Shown here: positions 53,446 through 64,000 of the stretch, piece by piece
Numbering within the stretch: the first letter of the stretch is position 1
Layout: each line of letters begins with the position of its first letter
From: an uncultured Methanosarcinaceae archaeon
GTDB taxonomy: Archaea; Halobacteriota; Methanosarcinia; Methanosarcinales; Methanosarcinaceae
Direction: 5' to 3'
NCBI GenBank assembly: GCA_963727895.1
Contig: CAVSHT010000012.1
Span: 65,731-129,730 of the forward strand
DNA: 64,000 bases
Notes under the pieces: generated by a model
The model's database searches: none
What the model was told of the DNA's origin: nothing
The model's input: only the letters and a program-made list of their open reading frames with translations
Position numbers and translations under genes: made by a program

Positions 53446-54185
53446 GGTGTTGTTAACTAAACATAGTTAACTCTTTATTTCTGTATTTCATCAATAGAAT
53501 AACCGAGTACTTTAGCATTTCAAGACTCTTCGTATAACACTTTGTCTTTCTTCTCAATCTTGCCAGGAAATGCCTCAATATGCTGTTATATCCCTTAACT
53601 GTAAATGTTTCTGCTTTTGATTGAGTATGGATCTTTTCTGGAAGAAACTCTGCATATGCTCTCCAGTGATCTGTCATCACTTCTCTAATCTCTTTTTTCT
53701 TCAATTTTTCCCAGAGTAGTTTTCCAGTTTCCGTTCCTCTGCTGCCAAAAGAGCAGTTGATGAACTTTTTCCCAACTCTATCAACAGCAATCCAGATCCA
53801 GCAATATTTTTTTTGTTACCGATGTACGTGTGCATTTCATCCATTTCAACAATAGATATCTCATTTTCACTTTTTAGATTCTCTCACTCTTGACCAAATT
53901 TCTTTATCCATTTTTGGACAGAAACATGACTTACCCCTAAAACTCTTCCTATTGAACGAAAACCCAATCCTTCAAGGTAAAGTTGTAAAGCCTGTCTTTT
54001 TACAGAAGCGGAAAAAGCAGTTGATTTTAGCTCTACTGTATAGTTATATCCACAATCAGAGCATTTGTACCGTTGACGCCCGCCAACTATACCATTATTT
54101 TTGTGACTGGAACTATTGCATTTTGGGCAGTTCATGAAGAAATATATGTTATAAGCATATATATCTATTTTTGATTACCAATACC
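53446..54185 (-). mobile_element. IS1-family element, copy 4
   Basis: GGTGTTG...CAATACC; insA 53884-54135 ends at the shared TGA; ATTTTTA on both flanks. Confidence 0.93.
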
Positions 54186-54302
54186 ATTTTTAATTTTTAT
54201 TTCTCTAGTTACTATTTTTTATTTTTCAGTTTTTTCACCAAGATTATTTTCTTTCTTATATTTTTTTCTTTTGTATTTTTTTCCTTCAACTTTTTTTTCA
54301 AG

Positions 54303-54835
54303 TCATTCCTTTTCTTGAAATTCTTTTTCTTTCAAATATCTAGTCCAGTCTCCATGCTCTATTTTTTCTGATTCAGGTTTCTCATCATAAACATAAAGAA
54401 AACCTCTGAATCTCTGATTTCCAATTTCTAGATCCACATATTCCCTATGATATCCTCCGAAAAGTTCCATATAATCAATTGATTTGGCAACTTCAATTTG
54501 CTGTTTTCCTGAAAATCTGCGCACTTCGGCTACTATGTAGGAATTTTCCAGAGGGTATATACCAGGATAGGGCCCCAGAGAGTAAAGAGCATATCCTTTT
54601 ACCTTTGTTGTACCCGGAATTCTGATCTGTTTTGAAGATCGAAACGACGATTGTTGTAAAGACCATCTATAAGGCTGCCGTACAGTGCCATAATAAGCTC
54701 TTCACCCTCCGGCCTTTGGTAAGAACGCTGCCAGCAGACATTTCGGTGAAAAACATTTCCATAGATAGTTCTATCTCTTACTTTACTCTCTCTGCTTTCA
54801 CAGGTAGTTTCATTTTTTCCTGAGTTACTTTCCAT
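54303..54835 (-). pseudogene. Gamma-glutamylcyclotransferase (AIG2-like) family protein, frameshifted at ~54615
   Basis: ALYGSL motif in the 5' ORF; adding one base joins it to GTTKVKGYALYSLGPYPGI..AEVRRF..IDYME..YHRE..GDW. Confidence 0.75.
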
Positions 54836-54872
54836 AATATTCCTTTAACTGAATTTTTAAAAACTTAAAAAC

Positions 54873-55943
54873 TTATTTCGAAAAACCAAAGCCTGCGAAC
54901 CTCTGTGGAATATCAAGATTTGCCAGCAGGAAACGGTCTTCTTTGCTGTAGGCTACTTTTTTGTTTCCTGAAAGTTCCATTATACAGGTATTTCCAGGCT
55001 TCACTTCTTTTACTTCTTGTCCGTCAACTAGAATCTTCTCCACACGCACAGGTTCGGACTGCAGGCCTACAAAGATATGAAGTACACTTGAAATTTCAAC
55101 TGCTCGCGTGAATTTCGAGATCGTACATTCAAGAATATAATCAGTAGTTACGATTTCTTTATCAGAGATGATAAATCCTCTTTCTATATCTTTGGCCTGA
55201 ACGTTTTTAAGACGCATTCCTACTCTTGTTCCTGTGGGTGCGCTGTCAATATCCACATCATGGCTTTGGATGGATCGGATTTCAATATCCCTGTCCAGCG
55301 GGAAGATTTTAGTCTTGTCTTTATCTTTTGAAATTCCCTGTTTGACAATTCCAAGCGCAACACATCCTTTTCCAGTGACGTTAAAGGCATGATCTATAAA
55401 CACTCTTGCAGGCAGGTTGTTCAATTCAGCCTGTTCAGCTTCTATTTTTTCCGAAATCTCATTAATTTTAGCTTTAAGGTCTTCCACGCCTTCAAACGGA
55501 TCTTTTGCACTTTTATTTGTATTCAGAGAAATACATTCCCAATCCTGGAGAGAAGTACCTGCAGTCATTAATTTTATTTTCTTTTTCAGCTCGTCGACTT
55601 CATACATATGGGTACTATCGGATTTTGTCAGGGCAATTATTCCATGCTTGAACCCGAGCAGGTCGAGGGCAATAATACATTCTCCAGTATGAACGCTTGC
55701 AGGGTTATCCCTGTTAAGACCATCAGGAGGAACACAGAGAATTGCCATGTCAGAAATATTCAGTGCCGTAACCAGGGACTTTAAGGCTTTTGGATAGCCG
55801 TGAGAATCCACAAAAACCATTTTCCGGCTCTCTTTATCATTATTATACATAGTTATGTCAGAAGATGTTCCTTTTTTCCCCAGGTTTGCGGCGAGGGATG
55901 TTCTTCCACTCTTTTCCGTCCCGATAATTGCAACGTTTGTCAT
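54873..55943 (-). CDS. SelB/EF-Tu/aIF2-gamma-like translational GTPase of Methanosarcinales
   Basis: GTEKSGRTS degenerate P-loop; FIDHAFNVTGKG, IRSIQSHD, RVGMRLKNV (EF-Tu domain II). Confidence 0.85.
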   Translation of the reverse strand: MTNVAIIGTEKSGRTSLAANLGKKGTSSDITMYNNDKESRKMVFVDSHGYPKALKSLVTALNISDMAILCVPPDGLNRDNPASVHTGECIIALDLLGFKHGIIALTKSDSTHMYEVDELKKKIKLMTAGTSLQDWECISLNTNKSAKDPFEGVEDLKAKINEISEKIEAEQAELNNLPARVFIDHAFNVTGKGCVALGIVKQGISKDKDKTKIFPLDRDIEIRSIQSHDVDIDSAPTGTRVGMRLKNVQAKDIERGFIISDKEIVTTDYILECTISKFTRAVEISSVLHIFVGLQSEPVRVEKILVDGQEVKEVKPGNTCIMELSGNKKVAYSKEDRFLLANLDIPQRFAGFGFSK

Positions 55944-56338
55944 ATGGATCCCTTTTAATAACTTTTCTTTTAATAGCATTTAAAGCCGTTTTACGACATT
56001 TAACTATTATTTAAATTCAAATTTCTCTTGATGATTATTCTAAATAATTTTCTAGATAATTATTCTGGATAATATAAATATAGCTTCATAATTCTTTTTG
56101 AACTATAGATAGTCTCTTGATTTTAAAAGCTATAAACGATGTTAATAACTCTAAAATCTACATGGTCTACATCTCTGAATATAATAAGCTCTGAATAGAA
56201 GAATAACTTTAAAATATGTATCATATAATTGCATCTGGTATTATTATACTGTAATATATTTCTTTTCGAAATATCCTATTAAAAATTCTTATAAATTTAA
56301 ATTCTTAACTCAATTTCTCAAGATTTTTCAGGGAAAGA

Positions 56339-57511
56339 TTACCATGTTTCGCCCTGCCAGATAGCCTGAGTTTTATCATTAGTACTTTTATTTATTTTTT
56401 TTATAATTATGTTATATTCTTCTCCGATCAACTGAGGATCTTCAAAAATTGCATCGATTCCCAGTCTTTTAAGGTAATCTTCAAACTCAGCTGCAGTTTC
56501 TAAATCCTTTACCCGGATTCTTGATTCCTCATATAGTCTTTGTCCATTTTTTACATTTTTTATGGATTCTCTTAGAGGATTCAATATACTTTTTCCTAGC
56601 TGTGTACAGCGTTTTTCAAACTCGGTTTTATCTTCGTTCCATTCAACTGTCTGAAAGCCTTCTCTAACAATTCGAGAAAGCATATAATCTCTTCCGGTTT
56701 CATTATAAAACTTAAAAGCGTGATTAAGGTCTGAACAATTACTCTGGGAAGAAGTATATTTTAACGGGGAAAGAACCATTTCTGGATCTTTTATTACAAC
56801 CCCTTCATGTATTTTTTCTCCAAGTTTTCGGATGATTTTTCCTATTTCTTCAGCAGCCGTTTCCAGTGGAATTTCCTTGAAAAACCTTACCTGAAGAAAA
56901 CCGTATTTTTTCAGGATTTCCTGCTTCTTTTTTATTGGTAGAGGCTTTCCACTATTCTTTTCTCTAATATCGAAGATGTAAAACTCGACTGATTCAACAC
57001 CATAGATCTCTTTTGGGACATAGGGGTTGTCAGGGCCTACCATTTCTCCATAAAGTACAAGTTCAGGGAAATCTTCAAAAAATTTTAAATTTAGTTTTTC
57101 TTTTGCTTTTTGGGTTGTATAAGGACAGATATACCCACTCCGCGTAATTGCAAGTATTTCATCTTTTGCAATTGCTATGCGGACATTGTATCCATTCATT
57201 TTTTCTTCCACGGCTACCTTTTCAATTCCATTGAAGTGCCTTTTAATTGTTGGGTCCAGCACCATAGCTCTTCGGATTTTCGGAAAACCCATAATGGTTT
57301 CAAAAGAACCGTCTTTCTCATAAAGTACAGTTCCTCTTTCGATCTGGGAGATTTCTTTGTCGAACCGGAGCAGATATTCATATTTTCCCCAGTTTTGGGC
57401 AAGGTAATTCTTTTCAAAAAGGTGTTGAACTCTTTCCCTATCAAACCCCAGCAAATTAGTAAGCCGGGATACAAATTCCGGATCTTTCTCCTCATTGCCC
57501 TCTATACTCAT
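56339..57511 (-). CDS. ATP-dependent RNA ligase (Pab1020/Rnl3 family)
   Basis: GFPKIRR, EEKMNGYNVR (motif I), TRSGYICPYTT, GEMVGPDNPY, FDIR, EGVVIK, KYTS. Confidence 0.9.
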   Translation of the reverse strand: MSIEGNEEKDPEFVSRLTNLLGFDRERVQHLFEKNYLAQNWGKYEYLLRFDKEISQIERGTVLYEKDGSFETIMGFPKIRRAMVLDPTIKRHFNGIEKVAVEEKMNGYNVRIAIAKDEILAITRSGYICPYTTQKAKEKLNLKFFEDFPELVLYGEMVGPDNPYVPKEIYGVESVEFYIFDIREKNSGKPLPIKKKQEILKKYGFLQVRFFKEIPLETAAEEIGKIIRKLGEKIHEGVVIKDPEMVLSPLKYTSSQSNCSDLNHAFKFYNETGRDYMLSRIVREGFQTVEWNEDKTEFEKRCTQLGKSILNPLRESIKNVKNGQRLYEESRIRVKDLETAAEFEDYLKRLGIDAIFEDPQLIGEEYNIIIKKINKSTNDKTQAIWQGETW

Positions 57512-57723
57512 GTTTAATTATTTGTTTTCAGGCCTAAAATAAATTATTATTCGCAAATCTGCTCTCCTATAAAATCAGAAATAACTTCATCATAATTCTT
57601 TTTTGAGAATGGTTGAGGAGTAGTTATGTGCACTAAAAAGTGATGACTTACACTAAAAATCTTTTTAAATATTTTGTTTCTAATTATTATATCTAAGCCA
57701 GCAAAAAAATTTGGAGATTCAAA

Positions 57724-58515
57724 ATGTCAGATGAAATCGACTACAATATTCTAGGCGACGATATGCAGATCGTTGAAATTGAACTTGATCCTGAGGAAGC
57801 CGTTCAAGCAGAAGCTGGGGCTATGGCATACATGGGGCCAGGGATTGAGATGCAGACGGGTCTGGGTAATGATGGTGGTGGACTTTTTGGAGGTCTCAAA
57901 AAAGGATTGAAAAGAGCCCTGACAGGTGAAAGCTTCTTCATTACAAGTTTTATTCACAAAGGTTCTGGAAAAGGGTATGTAGCTTTTGCGGCTCCATATC
58001 CTGGCAAGATTATTCCTATTGACCTCACCAAATTCGGAGGGAGCATCCTTTGCCAAAAAGACGCATTTCTATGTGCTGCTCGTGGAATAGATGTGGAAGT
58101 AGCTTTTACCCGTAAGTTAGGAGCAGGATTCTTTGGTGGCGAAGGTTTTATTCTGCAGAGACTAAAGGGTGACGGCCTTGTTTTTCTACATATAGGTGGC
58201 ACAGTCATAAGAAAGGACCTGAAAGCTGGCGAGACTTATCGTATTGATACAGGCTGTGTAGCAGCTTTCACCGAAACCGTAACCTATGACATAACCTGGT
58301 CAAGGAACTTTAAAAATGCCCTATTTAGTGGTGAGGGAGTTGTTCTTGCAACTCTTACAGGTCCAGGAACTGTGTATTTACAGAGCCTGCCTTTCTCCCG
58401 CCTTGCTGACAGAATCTTTGCAGCCTCTACCTTTAGCCGTAATAGAGAAGAACAAAATGGCATTGGCGGGACTGGTATCCTTGGAGGTATCATCGGTGGA
58501 GATAAATCGTTCTAA
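57724..58515 (+). CDS. TIGR00266 / AIM24 family protein
   Basis: AEAGAM, TGESFF, CQKDAFL, GGEGFILQ, GPGTVYLQSLP. Confidence 0.88.
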   Translation: MSDEIDYNILGDDMQIVEIELDPEEAVQAEAGAMAYMGPGIEMQTGLGNDGGGLFGGLKKGLKRALTGESFFITSFIHKGSGKGYVAFAAPYPGKIIPIDLTKFGGSILCQKDAFLCAARGIDVEVAFTRKLGAGFFGGEGFILQRLKGDGLVFLHIGGTVIRKDLKAGETYRIDTGCVAAFTETVTYDITWSRNFKNALFSGEGVVLATLTGPGTVYLQSLPFSRLADRIFAASTFSRNREEQNGIGGTGILGGIIGGDKSF

Positions 58516-58679
58516 GGACGAAAAACCATTTTAAAACAAAAAAGACTCTAAAAACGAGAAATCAATCGAGAAAAGTATTAGAAATTCAAAAAGGCCTGTC
58601 TTAAAAGGCAGACCTTCTCTTAATTACTTGCTTTTAGGATTTCAATCGAACTTTTTCTGGCTTTATTTCTATATTTAGT

Positions 58680-59489
58680 TTATTCCTTAAGTGTATTTAT
58701 TATATTCCTGCGAGCCAGGAAACCAGCAAGTTCCTCATCCAAGGTAAGGACTGGAACACCTCCGACATCATGTTCCAGCATTGTCTTAACAGCTTCTTCA
58801 AGAGGAGTATTGGTATAGACACTAATCACACTACGGGTCATAATATCCCCTACCAATAGGTTCTTGATCCTTGAATCCTGCTGATTATCAGCCACCAGAT
58901 CTCTGAAAGAGCGCATGGCAAAGGCAATATCGTCTTCAGCAATAATGCCTACAAGTTTTCCGTTTTCAATTACTGGCAGCCTTCCTACATCTTTGTCAAG
59001 CATAAGTCGTCTAGCGTGGCTAACTCTTTCAGATGAACTGATAACTATAGGACTTTTTTCCATTACTTCCTCGACAAAGCCTGTGAAGTGGTTTAGTTCC
59101 ATGAATTCCTGTGGTGTCACCCATCCTAGGGCTTTTCCATTATCAGTGACAATAATTACACCACCGGTCTTTTTCATTAGGGTAAGGACATCCCTGGTAT
59201 TGGTATCAGGCAGAACCTTTACAAAATTGTCGGATACGGCTGTTGCAACATGCAGGGAGGATGCAGGTTTGCTCAGTTTCTTGCGAGTTCCAAGCTGCTC
59301 TGTCAGACTTCTCATTGTAAGTACACCGAGTATCTGATCATCATGGACTACAAGCAGACGTTTTGTGTTTTTCTTTTCCATAAGATCCAGGGCGTGAGAT
59401 AAGGTATCTGACTTATCAATCCTATATGGCTGTACCATTATGTCTTTAGCTTGCATGCAATTCACCTCATGCGTATCCAAAATTTCCAA
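58680..59489 (-). CDS. CBS-domain protein (4 CBS)
   Basis: Repeated DIM..P / LPV..GII CBS motifs. Confidence 0.88.
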   Translation of the reverse strand: MEILDTHEVNCMQAKDIMVQPYRIDKSDTLSHALDLMEKKNTKRLLVVHDDQILGVLTMRSLTEQLGTRKKLSKPASSLHVATAVSDNFVKVLPDTNTRDVLTLMKKTGGVIIVTDNGKALGWVTPQEFMELNHFTGFVEEVMEKSPIVISSSERVSHARRLMLDKDVGRLPVIENGKLVGIIAEDDIAFAMRSFRDLVADNQQDSRIKNLLVGDIMTRSVISVYTNTPLEEAVKTMLEHDVGGVPVLTLDEELAGFLARRNIINTLKE

Positions 59490-59624
59490 TTATATTTTTC
59501 GTAATTCATTACGGTATTTTCTTCATCCGTTTTACTGAGCTTTAATTTAGCATTTTTCTCTTATTTTTGTATGTTTTATCTATTGTTTACCTTTCGCAGT
59601 ATATACCTCCTCACGGAGGTATTT

Positions 59625-60470
59625 TTAGAGAATAGCTTTCATGATATCGGTTCTGCTTAATATGCCCACTATATCTTCTCCGTCACTGACAGGTAATGCA
59701 GTCACTTCGTCTTCCACCATTTTTTTGGCGGCTGAACTGACATCTTCATTTACTTCAATGGAATTTATTGGAGAAATCATGATGTCTTCTGCGGTCAAAG
59801 GTAGCTCTTTTACGTATCTATAAGTTTTCTGGCCTGCAGGAGATGATTTGCGGGTCATCTTGATATTTTTTGTGGAAAGTTCACCTTGGAAATCAGTTAA
59901 GAGGTTTAAAGCGAGGGTTCTGCTGGAAATAATCCCAACAGGCTTTCCTGCATCGTCTTTAACAACTACTCTTTCTATGTTGTTCCTGTTCATTTCGTCA
60001 ATTACGTGATTGATAGTATGATGTCTGTGAACAGAAATAATATCTTCAGTCATTAATTTAGAGATTTTTGTTTTGATTTCCTCTTTATTTTCCGCAACAT
60101 AGCGCACAAGATCTGTCCTGGTAACAATACCTACAATATCGTTCTTTACCACCGGAATGTTGTGTACTCCATTTTCAAGCATTAAGGCAACTGCCTGGGA
60201 AATAGAGGCTTCAGGATAGATAGTAATAACCGACTCAGTCATTAATAACTTGATAGGGATCTGGTCAATTGGTCTTCTCCTCCAGAGAGGCTCTGCCTGA
60301 GCCAGACGGTTAGTAATGTCTGATTTTGTAACGATTCCCACCATCTTGCCCTCATTAAGGACAAGCAACGTACTGATTTTATGCCTTAACATCAGTTTTC
60401 TCGCACGTGACACGGGTTCGTCTGCGTTTACGACATACACAGGTGAACTCATGATGTCCGCTACATTCAT
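59625..60470 (-). CDS. CBS-domain protein (4 CBS)
   Basis: [33 protein letters not shown]. Confidence 0.9.
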   Translation of the reverse strand: MNVADIMSSPVYVVNADEPVSRARKLMLRHKISTLLVLNEGKMVGIVTKSDITNRLAQAEPLWRRRPIDQIPIKLLMTESVITIYPEASISQAVALMLENGVHNIPVVKNDIVGIVTRTDLVRYVAENKEEIKTKISKLMTEDIISVHRHHTINHVIDEMNRNNIERVVVKDDAGKPVGIISSRTLALNLLTDFQGELSTKNIKMTRKSSPAGQKTYRYVKELPLTAEDIMISPINSIEVNEDVSSAAKKMVEDEVTALPVSDGEDIVGILSRTDIMKAIL

Positions 60471-60869
60471 GAAGTACCTCCTTCACTTTTACAATATCTA
60501 AGTATCAATTATTATAGTTTTTGAATCGGAAACTTGAACTGAATGACATAATCTTTTTCTACGCATTTAATTTCAGCTTCTTGAAGTTTTTCTGGATCGT
60601 TTTTCTACAAAGCTATTTTTAACTATAGCCGTTAAACTTTTAGAGAAGTCACAAACACTTTTTGTTGAAATAAAAATGACTTAAAAATTTTTTATTGTAA
60701 AGAGTTCTTATTTTAATATGCGCTACACTTCAACGTCTTGGATACTTATAATACCGGCTTACTGCTTGATCTATTCATCTAGAGACTTTTCTTTAAACTT
60801 CTAAGGAAGCTAATTTTCTGAAAACTTAAACTCCTAAAAACCTAATCAATTGATTATCTATCTCTGGTT

Positions 60870-61865
60870 TTACTCTAGAGATCTTAAGAGATCCCTTTCA
60901 GTAATGATGCCACGGAGCAATCCATTATCCAGAACTGGAAGTGAACCTATCTTTCTCTCAAGCATTATTTCCATTGCTTTTCCCAGATCTGTACCAGGGA
61001 CAGTCCATATCAGTTCTCTTGAGACAATAGAACCTACAGGCTGGTCAAGCACTTCATGAATATTTCCTGTTGTCAGCTTACTGAAAACGTCTCCTCTCCC
61101 AAGGAAATGAATAATATCTGAGGAAGTAATAATTCCTGCAAAGATGCCATCCTTAACTACAGGAAGCCTTCTAAGTCTGTTATCTACCATTAATTTTGCT
61201 GCCTGTCCGATGGGTGTATCAGTTGCTATCATTTTGACGTTTTCAGTCATATATTCCTCAACAGTCCGGTTTGTCACGAGTCCACCCATCAACTCAAGCG
61301 CATTTCTTTCGGTAAAGATTGCAACGACCTGTTTGTCATTGTTAACGATTGGTAGACCACCTGTTTTTTTTTCAATCATCATTGAAACCGCATCTTTAAA
61401 ATCAGCTTGGTCATTAAGGTATGGAATATCAGTTTCCATGATTTGACGTACTTCTTCGTTGATTGCAGCCAGAAAGTTGCCTTTGAAGCGGTTTTCAACA
61501 AGCAGATTCTTTCTTCCACCCCCCAGAAAATCAATGATATCTACGGAAGTAACGACCCCTTCCAACCTCCTTGTTCCAGCATTTGTAATAGGAATGCGCC
61601 TGAATCCTTTTTCAGTCATAACCCTGATTGCTTCCATAATTGTTGCTGTTGGAGGAAGAGTTACCACATTCCTTGTTGCAAGGGCCAGGATTTTTCCTTC
61701 ATGTTCTGAAATATGGGATTTAAACTCAGGACCTATTCGCATAGTACCCATGCTGCTAATCATATGCGGATCTTTCTGTTGTGCTTTCTTAGATTTGCTT
61801 ACACCTGGCTGAACCTTCATCTTATCGACGGATGAAAATGTCGTATTTTTGTTCAATAGGACCAC
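60870..61865 (-). CDS. CBS-domain protein (4 CBS)
   Basis: FRRIPI, GGLPIV, LRRLPVV, GIITERD; start uncertain. Confidence 0.88.
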   Translation of the reverse strand: MVLLNKNTTFSSVDKMKVQPGVSKSKKAQQKDPHMISSMGTMRIGPEFKSHISEHEGKILALATRNVVTLPPTATIMEAIRVMTEKGFRRIPITNAGTRRLEGVVTSVDIIDFLGGGRKNLLVENRFKGNFLAAINEEVRQIMETDIPYLNDQADFKDAVSMMIEKKTGGLPIVNNDKQVVAIFTERNALELMGGLVTNRTVEEYMTENVKMIATDTPIGQAAKLMVDNRLRRLPVVKDGIFAGIITSSDIIHFLGRGDVFSKLTTGNIHEVLDQPVGSIVSRELIWTVPGTDLGKAMEIMLERKIGSLPVLDNGLLRGIITERDLLRSLE

Positions 61866-62206
61866 CGAATTCGAGTTGAAATTAATTGCTTTTTTCGTAT
61901 TCCATTTCTTTTTTCCTGCTTTCTTGCAGGAATTTTCCTGGAATCTGAAGTTCGTCCTTCAACAGACCCAGAGTTGCTCCCGGAAAAAATGAAACCTGAA
62001 AGCAATTTCTCTCGAATTTTTTCAATAAGTTTACATTATTTTAAATTTATAATTAATATTAATGATGATCTTTGATATTATAATCTTTTTGCGCAAAAAT
62101 TTAATGCTTTTTTCATTGCATTAATTCTCTTTTTTTAACTCTCTATTTTTCAGTTAATTATTATTATTTATCATCCTTCTCATATATTTTATTGCATAGT
62201 TTTCTT

Positions 62207-63022
62207 TCAAAGGCGATTTTCAGAGGGTTTTTCAGGCCATACATTGACAATAGACTCAAGAAGATCCTGTCTATCGATTATTCCAGATACTTTGTTCTTT
62301 TCATTTACTACAGTAACTCTTCCAATATCATAGTAAATAATCATCTTAATTGCACTTTGAATGGAATCTGTTTCAGGAAGTGTATAGGTAGGAGTTGACA
62401 TTATTTTCTCAACCCTCGGACTATCTTCAAGCCTAACCCTCCTTTCATCTTCGACTTCCATTCGCACATTACCTGATTTTATTATATCTCTTCTTGTTAT
62501 CATTCCAATAGGCTCACCCTTCTTTGAAACTACAGGAATTCCCGTATAATCGGTCTCGAGCATATGTGCCCATACCATGCTAACTTTGTCTTCTGGTAAA
62601 CAGGTTTTGACTTTTTTTGTCATTACATCCTGTAGTGATTTGGAAACATTTTTGGGAACTTTAATGTTCCTGAGAATATCCACATTGCTCAAGACTCCAA
62701 CCACCTTATGATCTGTGGTTGATTTGACAACAGGGACTCTATTCTGCCTTGATTGCACCATCAGTTTTGCAGCCTTCATAACATCCATATCAGGAGTTAC
62801 AGTAGGGGATTGGCTTGCATATCCTCCTACTGTGACATTTGAACGTGTAGAGGTAACTCTCAGGATGTCCTGGTCACTTAACATTCCCACAAGTCTGTTT
62901 TCTTCATCAACTACAACAAGGCTTCGAAGGAGGTAATCGCGCATAAGCTGACGGGCGCGAGTCACAAAATCTCCCTCTTTGATGCTCACAGGCTCATTTG
63001 TCATAATCTCGCTAACGTTCAT
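62207..63022 (-). CDS. CBS-domain protein (4 CBS)
   Basis: VSEIMT, RVPVV, TGIPVV, GMITRRD. Confidence 0.9.
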   Translation of the reverse strand: MNVSEIMTNEPVSIKEGDFVTRARQLMRDYLLRSLVVVDEENRLVGMLSDQDILRVTSTRSNVTVGGYASQSPTVTPDMDVMKAAKLMVQSRQNRVPVVKSTTDHKVVGVLSNVDILRNIKVPKNVSKSLQDVMTKKVKTCLPEDKVSMVWAHMLETDYTGIPVVSKKGEPIGMITRRDIIKSGNVRMEVEDERRVRLEDSPRVEKIMSTPTYTLPETDSIQSAIKMIIYYDIGRVTVVNEKNKVSGIIDRQDLLESIVNVWPEKPSENRL

Positions 63023-63081
63023 TGTGTACCTTCCTAACTTTCCATAAAAATATTTAAAAATAAATATCTACACGTATTAGG

Positions 63082-63735
63082 TTATTCGTAATCTTCGCCT
63101 TCTTCTTGTCGACATTTTTCGCACAGGTACCTTCCGTCCACAAATTTAAGATCATATGTAAAAATGTTACAGGATTCGCATACTCCTGTTTGGAAATCTT
63201 CTTTCTCTGAAACCTCTTCAATTGAGGGGGCGGAAAGTAGAGTCTCCCTGTTCATATCAATAAGCTCTTTGAGAATAGTATTAAGTCCGGGAGTTACCAT
63301 CAGGATATCAGTGTTAGAAATAACTCCTATTAATCTACCATTTTCTAGGACTGGCAGCCTCTTAATATTTGCTTTTAACATAATCTCAGAAGCTTCTACT
63401 ATACTTGTTTTAGGCTCTACGGTTATTAAAGGGGTTGAGAGAATTTCACTTGCCTTTACCTCGCTTGGCTTTTTGTCCTCTGTAACGATACCCTTTACAA
63501 AGTCCCTTTCAGTTATAATCCCCAGAGCTTTGTCGTTCTCGGTAATAATAACACTTCCTGCGTTACGACTGATCATTTCTTTTGCAATAGCAGGAATACT
63601 TGAGTTTATATCCATTACAATTACTGCTTTATTCATTACTTCAGCAACCGAAACCTCTCTTTCAATCTCTCTGCTGTGAATACCAACACCTATCTCTCTT
63701 TCAGCATTTGTGTCCCTCCCAGATTTATCCACCAT
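63082..63735 (-). CDS. CBS-pair protein with a C-terminal zinc ribbon
   Basis: GIITERD, IKRLPV; C-terminal CESC..CEKC. Confidence 0.88.
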   Translation of the reverse strand: MVDKSGRDTNAEREIGVGIHSREIEREVSVAEVMNKAVIVMDINSSIPAIAKEMISRNAGSVIITENDKALGIITERDFVKGIVTEDKKPSEVKASEILSTPLITVEPKTSIVEASEIMLKANIKRLPVLENGRLIGVISNTDILMVTPGLNTILKELIDMNRETLLSAPSIEEVSEKEDFQTGVCESCNIFTYDLKFVDGRYLCEKCRQEEGEDYE

Positions 63736-64000
63736 TTGCTGCTGTTCCCCCTCTTGTTCTGTATTTCGGCGATTAATAATACAAGGTCTATAGTATTATA
63801 CTAATTTCATAACATCTACAATATAAAATACGCAATATAACATATGCAATATAAACTCATGATTAAAATTTTTTAAGTTTCTCGGAAAAACGTTTTCCAT
63901 TGTTTTAATTTCTGTTTAATTCAGCTTTTTGGGTTCTTGTTTTTTAAGGGAAATTTTTTTGTGAGGCCTATGATTTCTATATTTATTACTATGGGAGTGC

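Noticed and set aside
17786-53886. Genome-wide UGA reassignment or selenocysteine decoding suggested by in-frame TGAs and the SelB-like gene
   Set aside because: Intact genes (glmM, cdc6, mfnA, DP1, prf1 itself) end in TGA; the internal TGAs replace different residues (Leu, Gly); no SECIS or sel genes are seen
56861-56872. ORB-like TTCCAGTGGAA
   Set aside because: Inside the RNA ligase CDS with no G-string; probably chance
941-63679. Many 60-170-aa antisense or overlapping ORFs in the ORF track
   Set aside because: Shadows of well-supported genes on the opposite strand or frame, with no motifs
1-64000. tRNA or rRNA genes
   Set aside because: No cloverleaf or extended GC-rich structural RNA recognised by eye; tRNAscan-SE or Infernal would be needed to exclude them

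Overview
Archaeal chromosomal window from a Methanosarcina-like methanogen (ftr, mfnA, porCDAB, PolD DP1, SelB-like GTPase, AT-rich intergenic DNA). It contains the main replication origin: cdc6/orc1 plus ORB boxes at about 30.3-31.6 kb. Housekeeping blocks are the archaeal mevalonate genes (AcnX small and large subunits plus UbiD), citrate synthase and aconitase, argS-prf1-taw1, por, dus, signal peptidase, DP1, RNA ligase and five CBS-domain genes. The mobile-element load is heavy: four full-length IS1-family copies plus fragments, one IS6, MITEs, and a decayed accessory island at about 15.9-18.8 kb. Main observations: (i) two oppositely oriented IS1 copies bracket a ~28-kb oriC-containing segment that appears inverted relative to the Methanosarcina gene order I recall; (ii) the release factor gene prf1 carries a +1 frameshift whose 0-frame ends at CTT-TGA (the bacterial prfB shift motif) plus a second in-frame TGA, and neighbouring argS is also frameshifted, so recoding, decay or assembly error must be distinguished; (iii) three IS1 copies share the same in-frame TGA; (iv) a 168-bp TIR-bounded element is filled with ~15-bp-phased AAAAACG motifs; (v) putative DtxR operators point to a target gene destroyed by IS6; (vi) an orphan ORB box lies 7 kb from oriC. 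No rRNA, tRNA or CRISPR array was recognised. No clearly novel multi-gene system can be demonstrated from the sequence alone.
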